From Malacoraja senta (taxonomy: Eukaryota): a DNA stretch of 64,000 nucleotides. The stretch covers positions 9,674,001 to 9,738,000 of the forward strand of contig CM075992.1 of the NCBI GenBank assembly GCA_038087875.1, given 5' to 3'. A program made the translations under genes and the position numbers. The notes under the pieces were generated by a model. That model was not told the DNA's origin. It worked only from the letters and a program-made list of their open reading frames with translations, and made no database searches. This document shows, piece after piece, positions 36,511 through 49,571 of the stretch. The first letter of the stretch is position 1, and each line of letters begins with the position of its first letter.

Positions 36511-39239
36511 CTCGGCAGGCCGGTTGACTCGGATGAGTCTGGCCATCAGGGTTCGCCTCCTGCAGGGGGGAGCATCCTCGGAACTCTTTCCCGGATAGAG
36601 CATCTCATGGATAAGATGCTCCACCATGATATACTCCAAGGAATGGAGTCATATCAGCGCGGGTCTCGGGGGCCTGCGGCAGCGCCTGGTGCAGGACTGC
36701 ATTATATCTCCCTCTCTGAGGAGGGAAGCGTAGGCAGTCAGTTTTGAGCTGACTCGCAGTTCGGTGGTGTGGGGGGAACATTCCATGACACATCAGCTGC
36801 GTGAAGAAAAAGGAGGGTTCCCCTCCATGGGTACGTCCTCGGACGGTTACCCAGGTGGAGCATGGATGCGTCCGCAGGGCGTTCATCCCACTGAGGAGAT
36901 GCTCCATCCTGATATGGTCCGTGGACGGGGCCATTTCATCCCAGGTCTTGTCGGGGACCTGCAGCAGCGCCTGTTGCAGGGCTGCATTATATCTCCCTCT
37001 CTGAGGAGGGGGGAGCGTAGGCAGTATGTCCGTGAAACATACGGGAGTGCATGCGTGGGGACCTCATGTCACATCATTACAGGAACAAAGTGCCGGCAGT
37101 GAACAGCCCTATCTGGGGAGACATTGGATGGCGCAATGTCCAGCCGCCGAATCTTCTCCTTGGAGAAGACCTAGCCAAACAGGGCAAAAAACCTGGATGA
37201 GGAAGTAAAGCTGTCGGACTAATCAAGGTACCTACGATGAGCAAAAAGCCTCACCGTTTCGGCGACAACACCCCTACGCCTCCAGTAAGTGGTTCACTGA
37301 AGCTGGTGGCAGCTTGAAAGTGATTCTCTGGGCAGAGGTCTTTCGGGGCCAATGCCCAAGCCGGCCCTGAGGGAAAATGTGCAATCCACGCACCCCAGCA
37401 GTCCTATCCTCCAAATCAAGGATGGAATTAGAACCTGAGGACGGAAACAGAACCCGCATCAGGGGCCTTTGGGCTTACCATAAGACCACCGGTAACCATC
37501 GAGGTAGGTGGGTCTGGTTCTTTCCGAAACACGGGGTGTGTGGACTAGTGACGAGTAGGTAATAGATTACACTTGTTTTACACAAATGTCGACAAATACA
37601 TCAGATCAGTTTATGCTGCACAGTATACAAGGATTCCAAATTGAATTTCCTTTAACTCATTGCCACCCATACAATATACACCAAATTGGACATCTAATTA
37701 TTCCAAACAAAAAGGTTTGGGTATACAAGCAGATATCCAAACAAGCAAAAGATGGATGATGTCGGATCACCCTTGATTAACTCACATTCACATGTGCAGT
37801 ATAGACTTTTTAGAATGGGAAACTTCATTACTGTCTAACAAACGGATTTCCATAGGATACTTTATGGCATGTATCAATCTCAAAGATGCATACCATTCAG
37901 TTCCCATTCACAGGGTTCACCAGAGATATTTGAAATTTAGCTGGATGGGCAATGATAGCAGTTAAAGCATTGCGAAATGGGCTAACTTCAGCTCACAGGT
38001 TGTTTACTAAATTACCAAGCCAGTGCTTGGGTTGCTCAAAGCTCGAAAATACATATTTATGGCCAACTGGATGATATTCTAAAACGCTGAATCTTGCTAA
38101 ATTAGCTGTTTCAGCCGCAAAACTAATATTTGAGAAATTGGGGTTTCTCATCCATCCAGTTAAATTTAAGTTGATATCAACTAGAGTTATAAATGGGATT
38201 TACCTTTAACTCTATTAATTGTCTGTGACTCCGCCCTGCGGCAAGAGATTAGAATTAATGGAAGTTTGTAACAATCTTGTTGTTTATTCATCAAGTGGCC
38301 AGTGTAATTGGCAATTTAGTGGCTGTTTTTCAGCTGCGTATTAGGGCCTTTGCATTATCAGAACTTACATCGTGCAAAGGAGCAAGCTCTCAAGTACCAT
38401 ATAGGTCATTGTTAACAGATCTATGCTATTACCAGCTGAAGCTATAAAGTCGCAATGATGGACAAACAGTATTCAGCATTGCTCCAGTACTTTTGGTCAT
38501 TTAACCTTCAGTTATATTACAAACTGATGCTCGTGCTCAAAGATGGGAAATTACTATCCCATCTCTAGTCACAGAGGCGGATGGGATGTGCATGATTTAC
38601 CAATCCCTCAGTTATATGGTATCAACCACCTAAAATCACTAGGTGCGTTCTAGGGGTTAAAGGCTAATTGTACGAATATGCATATCTGCATGCTCAACTA
38701 CAAGTTGACACACTACGGTGGTGGCATATATTAATCACATGGGTGCAATCAAGTCTATATCCTGTGATAGTTTACCTAACCTCATTTGGCGCTGGTGTAT
38801 CATCACGTAAATCAATGACAACACAGAATGGATGTTGGATCACAAAGTATTTAATGACATATTGGCTTGATGGAACACCAAATATCGATCTGTTTGCATC
38901 TAGTCTCAATCACCAGTTGCAAAAATATCTGGCATGGCGGCCATTCTCAGGGGCAGTGGCGATGGATGCATTCTCGCTACACTGGGGAGGAATGTTCTTT
39001 ATGTCTTTCCTTCATTTTGCCTCATCAGTCGGTGCTTGCTTAAAATCCAGCAAGACTCCGCCTCAGGCTTTTGATAGAGCCTGACTGGCCTGCACAGCCA
39101 TGGGTCCACTCATACTGGGAACGATAACAGAGCCTTTTACGGCTGTCCCCAAACGTTAAAAAATAAATTAAAAAAATCTGCTGGTTTACCCCGTGACTGG
39201 GGAGAACCATCCTCTGCATGAGCGAATCAAATTGTTGGT

Positions 39240-40200
39240 TTGCAGACTATGAGAAGACCTTTCCTGGGGTACGGACTGTCAGGTTGTACAGTGGATGTAA
39301 TCACTGCAGCCTGGAGAGATAGTACCAAGAAACAGTACATATCCTATATCAAGGAATGGGAAGTGTTCTGTTTACAGTCCAATATATCGTATGACACGGC
39401 ACGTATAACAGATGTCTTGGAATTCCTCTCAAAGCTATATTTCACGAGAGATGGAGTTATAGTGCTATAAATTGTGCCAGAAGTACCTTGTCATCATACA
39501 TCGTGCTGGGGTCGGGACACCACGCTGTCGGGTCTCGACCTCTGATATCCAGATTTATGAAGGGTATCTTCAACTCAAATTCCCCCAGGCCCAGGTACTC
39601 GGAGATATGGGATGTTAATGTCCTGCTGACGCTGCGCTGCGGTCGGCCATTGGGCTCCAGCTACATCCCTGTCCTCGGTCAAATCACTTACCAAAGTGGT
39701 CATCCTCATGTCACTGGGTTCAGCGCAACGGGTCCAGTTGCTGCATAGCTATGACTGGACAGGATGGTTACATCTGCAAAGAATATGATACTTTAGGTTC
39801 ATGACTTAGTCTTGCCGAGTAGACCGGGGCGTCAGGTCTCGAACTAGTTCATGGCATACCCCATGGACCTTTGGTTGTGTGTGTGGTCACACATCTACAA
39901 CAGTCATTATCTCACCTAGAGCCTTAGAGGCTCTGAACTAGCAATGTTTGCTAGTTACAAAAAACCTCATACGTAGGTATCAGTATTAGAGCCATCCCCA
40001 GGTGATTAAAGCGGGTTTCTGGCTTGTGCAGGAGTGACCATTGATGTTTCAAAACTCACTTCACCAGGGCTGCAACAACATCAGCAGCGAGGGTTATGGA
40101 TGTTTCGCTGGACCACATCCTAGCAGCTTCAGGATGATCAAACAAGCAAATTTCCAAATGTGTTAAAACAAACCCATAGCCAGACCGGGGTATTGCCAAC
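39240..40200 (+). pseudogene. DIRS tyrosine recombinase, frameshifted
   Basis: Integrase N-terminal and catalytic H-x-x-R-like remnants spread across frames. Confidence 0.85.
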
Positions 40201-42108
40201 TCTATTTTAGGTTCTGTTTTATAATTCCTCCTGGATGAGTGGGATTACTATGATTATCACTTTCGTCATTAAAAAGCATCAGCATGTTTACATTTATGTC
40301 ATGCTTTATTTAATTTCACTCATCCCTGGTCAATTGATGACGCATGGACTCGTGTCCACAGCATGAAATCACAGAGCTTAGAATCTTCACGTAGTCACTC
40401 ACGTGACTCCGACGTAAAATAGTAAGATTAAACGAGAACTTACCAGTTTGAAGTTTGATCTTTATTTTATGAGGAGTTACGATGAGGGATACGTGCCCTC
40501 CGCTCCCAACCCTCTCTCATAAAGGTAGCTGGTAGTTCTAGTTTCTCGAATCTTACTATATTCAGTTCAACAACTGTTATCTGTGATTTCACACCGCTGC
40601 TTTGAAGATTGACGCGCATGCGGGCTGGCTGGCTCTTCACGTAATCCCTCATCGTAACTCCTCATAAATAAAAGATCAAACCTCAAACTGGTAAGTTCTC
40701 GTTTAATCTTACTATCATATTGAATGGCGGTGCAGGCTCGAAGGGCCAAATGGCCTACTCCTGCACCTATTTTCTATGTTTCGATGTTTCTATGATGCAG
40801 CGGTAGAGTTGCTGCCTCACAGCGCCAGAGGCCCAGGTTCAATCTGGCTACGGGTGCTGTCTGTACGGAGTTTGCACGTTCTCCCTGTGACTGCGTGGGT
40901 TCTCTCCGGTTTCCACCCACACTACAAAGACGCGCAGGTTTGTAGATTATTTGGCTTCTGTAAATTGTATATTGTCCCTTGTGTGCAGGGCAATCGCTGG
41001 TCGGCGCGGACTCGGTGGGACGGATGGACTGTTTCCCTGCTGTATCTCTACAGACTAAAGTCTAAGCTCCCACCCCTCTGATCTCCTAGTCCGCCTGGTC
41101 CCCTTTATCCCCTGTTACCCCTCCCCCCTGTCCTCTTCCAATCATCTCCCTCCCCCCGGCTTTACATTTCACTCAACTTCTCTCACTCCCAACCACTCTT
41201 TTGCAATCCATTTTCATCCCTACCCTTTGTCATTGACTCCATCCATCTGCCAATGACCCCCTCACCTGTATCACCTATCACTAGCCAATCTTTGCCCCAC
41301 CCCCAACTTTCTCTTCAGTTTCCTCCCCCTCCCACCCCACACCATCACCCGACCTGAACATCACCTGCACTTCCCGCCACAGAGGCTGCCGGACCTGTTG
41401 GGTTCTTCCAGCAATTAGCTCAAGATTCCAGCATCTGCGGTCTCATTTGTGATTCAATTGATGAGCTACATGGCATCCTCTTCACCCTTTTACATTACAT
41501 TTTACACTGCAATTCTCTATTTTAGACAATACAGTATTAATGCCACAGAGAGCACAAAGTACGTGGCAATCTTTAAAGACATGTTGCCAACTTTAGATAT
41601 AGGCATTATGCTTTAGAGATACGATGCTGAAACAGGCATGACGGCCCACCGGTCAGCACCGACCTGCGATCCCCCGCACACGAACGCTATCGTACACACA
41701 CTAGGGACAATTTATACTATTCCCAAAGCCAATTAACCTTCAAACCTGTACATCTTTGGAGTGTGGGAGGAAACCCACATGTCACAGGAGAACAGTACAA
41801 ACTCTGTACATACAGACACCCATAGTCGGGATGGAACCCGGGTCTCTGCGTTGTAATGCAGGAACTCCACCGCTGAGCCACCGTGCCGCCCTGCCAACAA
41901 CTATTAACAACTGCTCTGCCCTATGTCAAAATGTACATAGACGTTGCAGGTCGAGACCCTTCTTCAGACTGAGTTACTCCTGCATTTGTTTCTATCTTTG
42001 TCGTAAACCAGCACCTGCAGTTCCTTCCAACACATTTTGTCTGTTCAATTGCATGATCTCCTCAAGCTATGCCTACTTTAACGAAGTTCTCCTCCTCTCT
42101 CCCACAGT

Positions 42109-42136
42109 CTGAAGAAGGGCCTCGACCCGAAACGTC
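42109..42136 (+). ncRNA. Minimal hammerhead ribozyme motif
   Basis: gt-CTGAAGA-A-GGGCCTCGACCC-GAAAC-GTC-ac. Confidence 0.65.
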
Positions 42137-42327
42137 ACCCATTCCTTCTCTCCAGAGATGCTGCCTGTCCCGCTGAGTTACTCCAGCATTTTGTGTCGAT
42201 CTTAATCACAGAAACTTGACTAACAACAAAATGAGGTCTTATACAGGATGGAGCTCAGAAAGACTTAATTTGGTGACAAACAGAATTAAATGATTATCCA
42301 CGAGTCTAACTTCATTAACAGTCTGAA

Positions 42328-42687
42328 GGGTGCCACGATGGTGCAGCGGTAGAGTTGCTGCCTTACAGCGCTAGCAGAGCCAGAGACACGGGTTCGATCC
42401 CGACTACGGGTGCTGTCTGTACAGAGTTTGTACGTTCTCCCCGTGACCTGATGGGTTTTCTTCGAGATCTTCGATTTCCTCCCACACTCTAAAGATTTAC
42501 AGGTTTGTAGTTTCATTGGCTTGGTAGTAATGGAAATTGTCCCTAGTGTGTGTAGGATGGTGGTAATGTGCGGGGATCGCTGGTCGGCACAGACTCGGTG
42601 GCCGAAGGGCCTGTGTCCACACTGTATCTCTAAACTAAACTAAACTAAACTAAACTAAACTAAACTAAACTAAACTAAACTGAACTA
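42328..42687 (+). mobile_element. HE1 SINE with long (AAACT)n tail
   Basis: Consensus match; a second copy follows at ~42882-43168. Confidence 0.9.
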
Positions 42688-43396
42688 ATGCGATCCAATT
42701 TTCTGTTACAACGTTATAACATAATCAATGAAATTCCAGAAACGTGGGTGTCGTCAATGCTGCATTCCATGTCTCTACTTTTAGTCTTTGTCTGCGGTTC
42801 CCCGTCACCACTTTAGCACAATCCACATCCCTGTTTACTAGTTATAGCTCTAACTTATTAGCCCTATAACGGTGGAGTGTGGTGGTGGCGCAGCGGTAGA
42901 GCTACGGCCTGACAGCGCCAGAGACCCAGGTTCGATTCTGACTACGGGCGCTGTCTGTATCCGGAGTTAGTACATGCACCCATGTGATCTGCGTGGGTTT
43001 TTCCGAGAACTTCAATTTCCTCCAAAGACATACAGGTTTGTAATTTAATTGTCTTGGTATCAAATGTAAAATTATCCCTAGGGTAGTGTTAATGTGCGTG
43101 GATAGCTGGTCAGAGTGGACTTGGTGGACCAAAGGGTCTGTTTCCACGTTGTATCTCTAAACTAAACTAGCTACTCTTTAGCTTACAACACCCAGGTTTG
43201 ATCCTCACCTGTCGGTGTGGAGTTAGCACGTTCTCCCTGTGACCGCGTGGGTTTCCTATCACAACAGCGCAGTAGTGAGGGTGAGGGATCTCCATTCTGA
43301 TGTCTGAGCCCACACGTGATGGTGGGGAAAGGCTCGAGATCTGGCAGTGTCTAACACACCACAACACCAGAGTGACTCACTCCATGTCAGACAGAT

Positions 43397-44369
43397 TATT
43401 TATTTATTTAGCGAATGCAAAGTCCTTTAGCCAAGCAGTTGCCTCTTGATCTGCTGTATGAAGGATGACAAGTCCTCCTTTAAGTCTTTTTTGTGGGCAT
43501 GCTTCAATGATGTGTTGCATTGTTTGCTGCTCTCCGCAAGCACACCGTGGGGTTGGGCTGCTGCCCCATTTGTGAAGGCTGGCCAAGCGGGGGCCATGTC
43601 CAGTCCTGAATCTATTCAGCGTCATCCACTGCTTCCTTGGGAGATTGGTGCCAGGGACCGGTAGGGTTGGGTCTGACACCAGATGTTTATTTGGGACGTC
43701 CTTGGGCTCCCATTCCTTTTTCCAAGCTGATTGGGTGGTGAAATCAGCTGGTGGTGGGTTCTTCCAAATTGGTCGTCTAGATGGAAGTCGAGCAGTGGGT
43801 GGGTTGAAGATGTCCATGTGAATTGGCAGATGAGGGGAGTTTTTGGTCTTTTGGAGCATCCTTTGAGTGAGGGCTGCTCGCCGGATGTGTGGAGGGGCTA
43901 TATTGGATAGGACAGCGAGCCAGGGGAGTGGTGTTGAGCGGATTGTTCCTGTGATGATCCTCATTGTTGAGTTCAATTGGGTGTCCACATGGTGTGTGTG
44001 GGATGACCTGGACCAAACAGGGGCGCAATATTCGGCTGAAGAAAATGCAAGGGCTAGTGCTGAAATGCGCAGTGTGGGGGTTGCTGCCCCCCACTTTGAG
44101 CCAACAAGCTTACTGAGGAGATTGCTTCTGGACTTCACCTTAGCTGCTGTTCTTTTGAGATGTTCCTTGAAGGATAGGGTCCTGTCAAAGGTCACTCCGA
44201 GGTAGGTTGGAGTGGGGGCATACTTCAGTTTGGTCCTGCTCAGATAGATGTTTGGTTCTCTTGTGGCTTCTGCATTATGGAGGTGGAACACACTGGAGAC
44301 CGTTTTTTCTGGGCTTGGTTTTAGGTGCCAGGTTTTGCAGTACTCGTCTAGTTTAACAAGGTGTTCATT
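43397..44369 (-). mobile_element. Vingi-like (Ingi/I group) LINE, 5'-truncated, open ORF of >320 codons
   Basis: YLGVTFDRTLSF, SSAEYCAPVWSRSSHT, LNRFRTGHG, CACGEQQTMQHIIEAC zinc finger; stop codon runs directly into (TAAA)n; GACAGAT duplicated at 43390-43396 and 44370-44376. Confidence 0.8.
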
Positions 44370-44609
44370 GACAGATGTAGGCAAGGCACAGAAAACAAGA
44401 TAATTGGATCAATAGCCTGAAACAATCCTCAGTGTACACTGAAGAGGAAGTACAGAAAATGGTCACTAGTCTGAAATAACTCCTTCTGCAGATGGGCAAT
44501 GGATTTACATTTGACTTTATGAATTGGATTTGTTTAGGAAGGAACTGCATATGCTGGTTGAAACCGAAAATAGATACAAAATGCTGGAGTAACAAGCAGC
44601 ATCTCTGTA

Positions 44610-47600
44610 GATCATAAGATTTTAAGTGATAGGAGCAGAATTATGCCATTTGGCCCATCAAGTATACTCTGACATTCAATCATGGCTGATCTATCTCTCC
44701 CTCAAAACCCCATTCTCCTGCCTTCTCTCCATAACCTCTGACAGCCATACTAATCAAGAATGTATTTATCTTTGCCTTAAATATATCCACCAACGGCCTA
44801 CACAGATTCACCGCCCTCTGACTAAAGAAATTCCTCCTCATCTCTTTCCTAAAAGAATGTCCTTTCATTCTGAGGCTATGACCTCTAGTCTGAGACTCTC
44901 CCATTAGTAGAAACATCCTCTCCACATCTACTCTATCCAAGCCTTTCGCTATTCTGTACGTTTCAATGAGGTCCCCACTCATCCTTCTAAACTCCAGCGA
45001 GTACAGGCCCAGTGCTGTCAAACACTCATCATTAACCTACTCATTCCTGGGATCATGCTTGTAGACCTCCTCTGGACCCTCCTCAGAGCCAAAACATCCT
45101 TCCTCAGATATGGTGCCCAAAATTGCTCACAATATTCCAAATGCGACCTTACCAGCGCCTTATAGAGCCTCAGCATTACATCCCTGTCTTTGTACACACG
45201 CCCTCTCGAAATAAATGCTAGCATTCCATTTGCTTTCTTTACTACCGATTTGACTTGCAGATTAACTTTTTGGGAATCCTGCACCAGCACTCCCAAGTCC
45301 CTTTACACCTCCGATTTCTGGATTCTCTTCCCATTTAGAAAATAATGTACATCATTATTCCTACTAGCAAAATGCATGACTCCACACTTTGCTACACTAT
45401 ATTCCATCTGCCACTTCTCTGCCCAATCTATCCAAGTCCTTCTGAAAAGTCCCTGCTTTCTCTACACTAACTGCCCCTCCACCTATTTTCATATTATCCA
45501 CAAACCTGGCCACAAAGCCTTCAATCCCCTCGTCCAAATCATTAATATACAACGTGCAGCGGCCCCAGCACCGACCCCTGCGGAACTCCGCTAGTCACTG
45601 GCAGCCAACCAGAAAAAGACCCACTCTTTACCTTCTGCCATCCAGCCCATCTACTATCCATGCTAGTATCTGCCCTTTGATACAATGGACTCTCATAATC
45701 CTTGGCAGCATCACATGTGGCACTTTATAAAAGGCTTTGTGAAAATCTAGGTAAACAACATCTACTGACTCTTCTTTGTCTGTCCTGCTATTTACTTCTT
45801 GAAAGAATTCCAGCAGATTCGTCAGGCAAGATCTCCCCTTCACAAAACCATGCTGACTTTGGCCTATTTTATCGTGAACTTCTAAGTACTCCATAACCTC
45901 ATCCTTTATAATGGACTCTAAAATCTTACTAACCACCAAAGTCAGACTAACCGGCCTATAGTTCCCACTATTCTGCTTTGCTCCCTTCTTGTGCAGCGGG
46001 GTAATATTTGCAATTTGCCAATCATCTGGAACCACTCCTGACTCTTGAAATATCTCGATCAATGCCTCCACAATCTCTAAAGCCATCTCTTTCAGAACCT
46101 TAGGGTGCAGTCCATCTGGTCCAGGTGACTTATCCACCTTCAACCCTTTCAGCTTCCCAAGCACCTTCTCCCTAGTAAAAGCCACTCCGCTGACTTCCAC
46201 CCCCTGACTCTCTTGAATTCCAGGCACGTTGCTGGTGTCTTCCATTGTGAAGATGGATGCAAAAAAGTTATTCAACTCCTCTGCCATTTCTTTATTCCCC
46301 ATTATCACTTCTCCTGCATCATTCTCCAGCGGTCCAACGTCCACTCTTGCCTCTTTCTTACGCTTTATATAATTGAAGAAACTCTTGCTATCCTCTTTTA
46401 TATTATTGGCTGGCTTACCTTCGTATATCATCTTTTCTCCCCATATTTCCTTTTTAGTCACCTTCTGTTGTTCTTTAAAAGCTTCACAATCCTCTGGCTT
46501 CCCACTAATCTTTGCAATGTTATATGCCTTCTCTTTTAGTTTGACATTGTCCTTGACTTTTCTTGTCAGCCACGGTCGCCTCTTTCTCCCCCTAGAATCG
46601 TTCTTCTTCTTTGGAATGAAAAGATTCAGCATCTTCCGAATTATTCCCAGGAATTCCTGCCATTGCTGCTGTTCCACTGTCAATCCTGCTTGGGTCCCGT
46701 TCCAGCTCCTCCCTCATGCATCTGTAATCCCCTTTGCTCAGCTGTAATACTCACAAATCCAATTTCATCTTCTCTCTCTCTCTCAAACTTATCATATTGT
46801 GGTCACTACCTCCTAATGGTTCCTTTACCTTGAGTTCCCTTATCAATAGACAATAGACAATAGGTGCAGGAGTAGGCCATTTGGCCCTTCGAGACAGCAC
46901 CGCCATTCAATGTGATCATGGCTGATCATCCCCAATCAGTACCCCGTTCCTGCCTTCTCCCCACATCCCCTGACTACGCTATTTTTAAGAGCCCTATCTA
47001 GCTCTCTCTTGAAAGCATCCAGAGAACCGGCCTCCACCGCCCTCTGAGGCAGAGAATTCCACAGACTCACAACACTCTGTGAGAAAAAGTGTTTCCTTGT
47101 CTCCGTTCTAAACGGCTTACTCCTTATTCGTAAACTGTGGACCCTGGTTCTGGACTCCCCCAACATCGGGAACATGTTTCCTGCCTCTAGTGTGTCCAAC
47201 CCCTTAACAATCTTATATGTTTCAATGAGATACCCTCTCATCCTTCTAAACTCCAGAGTGTACAAGCCCAGCTGATCCATTCTCTCAGCATATGACAGTC
47301 CCGCCATCCCGGGAATTAACCTTGTAAACCTACGTTGCACTCCCTCAATAGCAAGAATGTCCTTCCTCAAATTAGGGGACCAAAACTGCATACAACCACT
47401 CAAATCCGGTTCATTACAAAACATTAAATCCAGAATTGCCTTTTCCCTGGTAGGCTCCACTACAAGTTGCTCTAAGAATCCATCTCGGAACCACACTACT
47501 AATTTCCTTTCTTGGGGTCCAGTGCCAACCTGATTTTCCCAATCTACCTGCATATTGAACTATCCCATGACCACCGCAGCATTGCCTTTCTTACATGGCA

Positions 47601-48030
47601 ATTGTATCTTCTGATGTAACTTGTACCGTCTATTCTGGCTACAGTTTGGGGCCCTGTAAATAACTCTCATTAGGGTCTTACTCAGCTCTATCCACAATGA
47701 CTCTACATCTTCTGATCCTATGTCACCCCTTGCTAAGGGCAGAATTTAATTCCTTACCAACAGTGCTACCCCACCCCCTCTGCGCACCTGTTGGTAGGAC
47801 GTGTAACCTTGAACTCCTAGCTCCCAGCTCCGATCCTCTTGCAGCCACGTCTCTGTAATTCGCACAACATCATACCTACCAATTTCTAACTGTGCTACAA
47901 GCTCATCCACTTTGTTTCTTATACTGCGCGCATTCAAATACAACACCTTTCATTCGGTATTCACCTCCCCTCTCACACCGGTCCCAATTTTACCCGAACT
48001 TACTCTCTTATCCCTTCTTAAACTTTCCGT
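44610..48030 (-). mobile_element. CR1/HER1 LINE, near-complete ORF2 (endonuclease + RT), disrupted
   Basis: LYLNARSIRNK...ITETWL (EN start, 47746-47946); KSPGPDGLHP, NYRPVSLT, QHGFVKGRSCLTNL, VYLDFHKAF (45628-46683); C-terminal pieces at 44680-45296. Confidence 0.93.
46847..47399 (-). mobile_element. Second CR1 subfamily 3' fragment nested in the long CR1
   Basis: Host reading NEPDL|IRELKV is interrupted; the insert has its own (CTATTGT)n tail. Confidence 0.85.
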
Positions 48031-49287
48031 CCCATTAGGACTGAGATGAGGAAAAACTTTTTCACCCAGAGAGTTGTGAATCTGTGGAATTCTCTGCCAC
48101 AGAAGGCAGTGGAGGCTGATTCACTGGATATTTTCAAGAGAGGGTTAGATTTAGCTCTTCGGGCTAATGGAATCAAGGGATATGGGGAGAAAGCAGGAAC
48201 GGGGTACTGATTTTGGATTATCAGCCATGATCATATTGAATGGTGGTGCCGGCTCGAAGGGCCAAATGGCCTACTCCTGCACCTACTTTCTATGTTTCTA
48301 TGTTTCTAATTCTGGAGAGTTCTGTAACAGTTCCTGCACTCTCTTTCACTTTAACTCCACCCTAACACATCCAATTTGTTGATCCAACCCCCTCACTATT
48401 TCGTTTAAAGCTCTATCTACAGCCCTGGTTATACGGTTTGCCAGGAGTCTGGGCCCAGCCGGGTTCAAGTGGAGTCCATCACATCGGAAAAGAGCCCTCC
48501 TTCCCTAATCCTGGTGCCAAAGTCCCACAAATTCAAACCCATTTCTTGCACACCTGTCTTTGATCCAAGCATTCAACTCTCTAATCTGCTCGAGATAGGT
48601 GACGTTTCAGGTCTGAAGAAGGGTCACAACTCGAAACATCACCCATTTCTTCTCTCCAGAGATGCTGCCTGAGTTACTCCAGCATTTTGTGTCTAGCATT
48701 GGATTTATGTCTAAAATCTCATTTTATTTCATTCGTGGAAAAAATTCACTTGGACAACCTAGAAAAGGTGGGAAGACACAAAGTATTGGAGGAACTCAGC
48801 TGGTCTGGCAGCATCTGTGGAGGGAATGGATGGACAATGTTTCAGGTCGGGACCCTTCTTCAATCTGTTCTGATAGGGGGAATGGGGGACTCAGGGATGG
48901 GAGATAGGGTACGGAGGAAGGGAAAGGAGCTGACTGCGGGTTGAGAGATGGTGGGAGAAATGTGTGGGGGCCACAGAAAGAGAGAGGAGTTGGGCAGAAT
49001 GAACTAATATTGGAGAATTCAATGTTGTTACCTTTGGGTTGCAATCATCCCATGCAGAATAGGAGGTGCTGCATGAATATACCCTTGGAGTGGGTTATTT
49101 TGGAGAACACAGTGGTGCAGCGGGTAGAGCTGCTGCCTCATAGCTGTGGAGAGCCTGCTGTGTGGAACTTGCATATTCTCCCTGTGAAAGCGAATTGTGG
49201 ATGCAGTCCAGACCATCACACAAACCTATCCATCACATATCAGATTCTGTAGACAAAATGATGTGTAGATGCTGGAGGTTTGAGCCG

Positions 49288-49458
49288 AAAACATGGCGTG
49301 CTGGAGTAACTCAGCGGGTCAAGCAGCATCTCTGCAGGACATGGACAGGCAACATTTTGGTTCGGGTCTGAAGAACGGTGCCAACCCGGAACATTGCCTA
49401 ACCTTGTCCTCCAGAGATGCTGTCTGACCTGCTGAGTTACTCCAGCACGCCACATTTT
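49288..49458. mobile_element. Fold-back (MITE-like) Penelope terminal-repeat derivative
   Basis: ~45-bp inverted arms TGGCGTGCTGGAGTAACTCAGC.. around a degenerate hammerhead core. Confidence 0.75.
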
Positions 49459-49571
49459 TTGCCTGGAAGCCTACTGCAGTTGGATTTATTGCAGTAATGT
49501 GGACACAGCGATGATGCAGGTCTCAAATGTTTATGCTGTCTCACTCTTAGTGCCATTGTTGGGGCTGAGGC

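Larger units (their letters stand above)
36032..40713 (+). mobile_element. DIRS1-like tyrosine-recombinase retrotransposon, structurally complete, ORFs decayed
   Basis: Inverted termini (GAAGAGCCCGCCAGCCCGCATGCGCGTCA vs TGACGCGCATGCGGGCTGGCTGGCTCTTC). ICR at ~40384-40495 is complementary to both ends. RT remnants (INLKDAYHSVPIH..HQRYLKFSW, LDDIL), RNase H (QTDA), MT-like (IDLFAS.LN..L...DAF) and YR (AWRDSTKKQY, RFMKGIFN..P.PRY...WDV, HFTRAATTSAA). Confidence 0.93.

Noticed and set aside
44381..44479. Short protein-like frame ARHRKQDNWINSLKQSSVYTEEEVQKMVTSLK*
   Set aside because: No convincing splice acceptor, no recognised homology and too short.
46936..47553. 205-aa ORF as a novel fusion protein
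   Set aside because: Chance in-frame join of a host CR1 endonuclease segment with a nested CR1 3' fragment.
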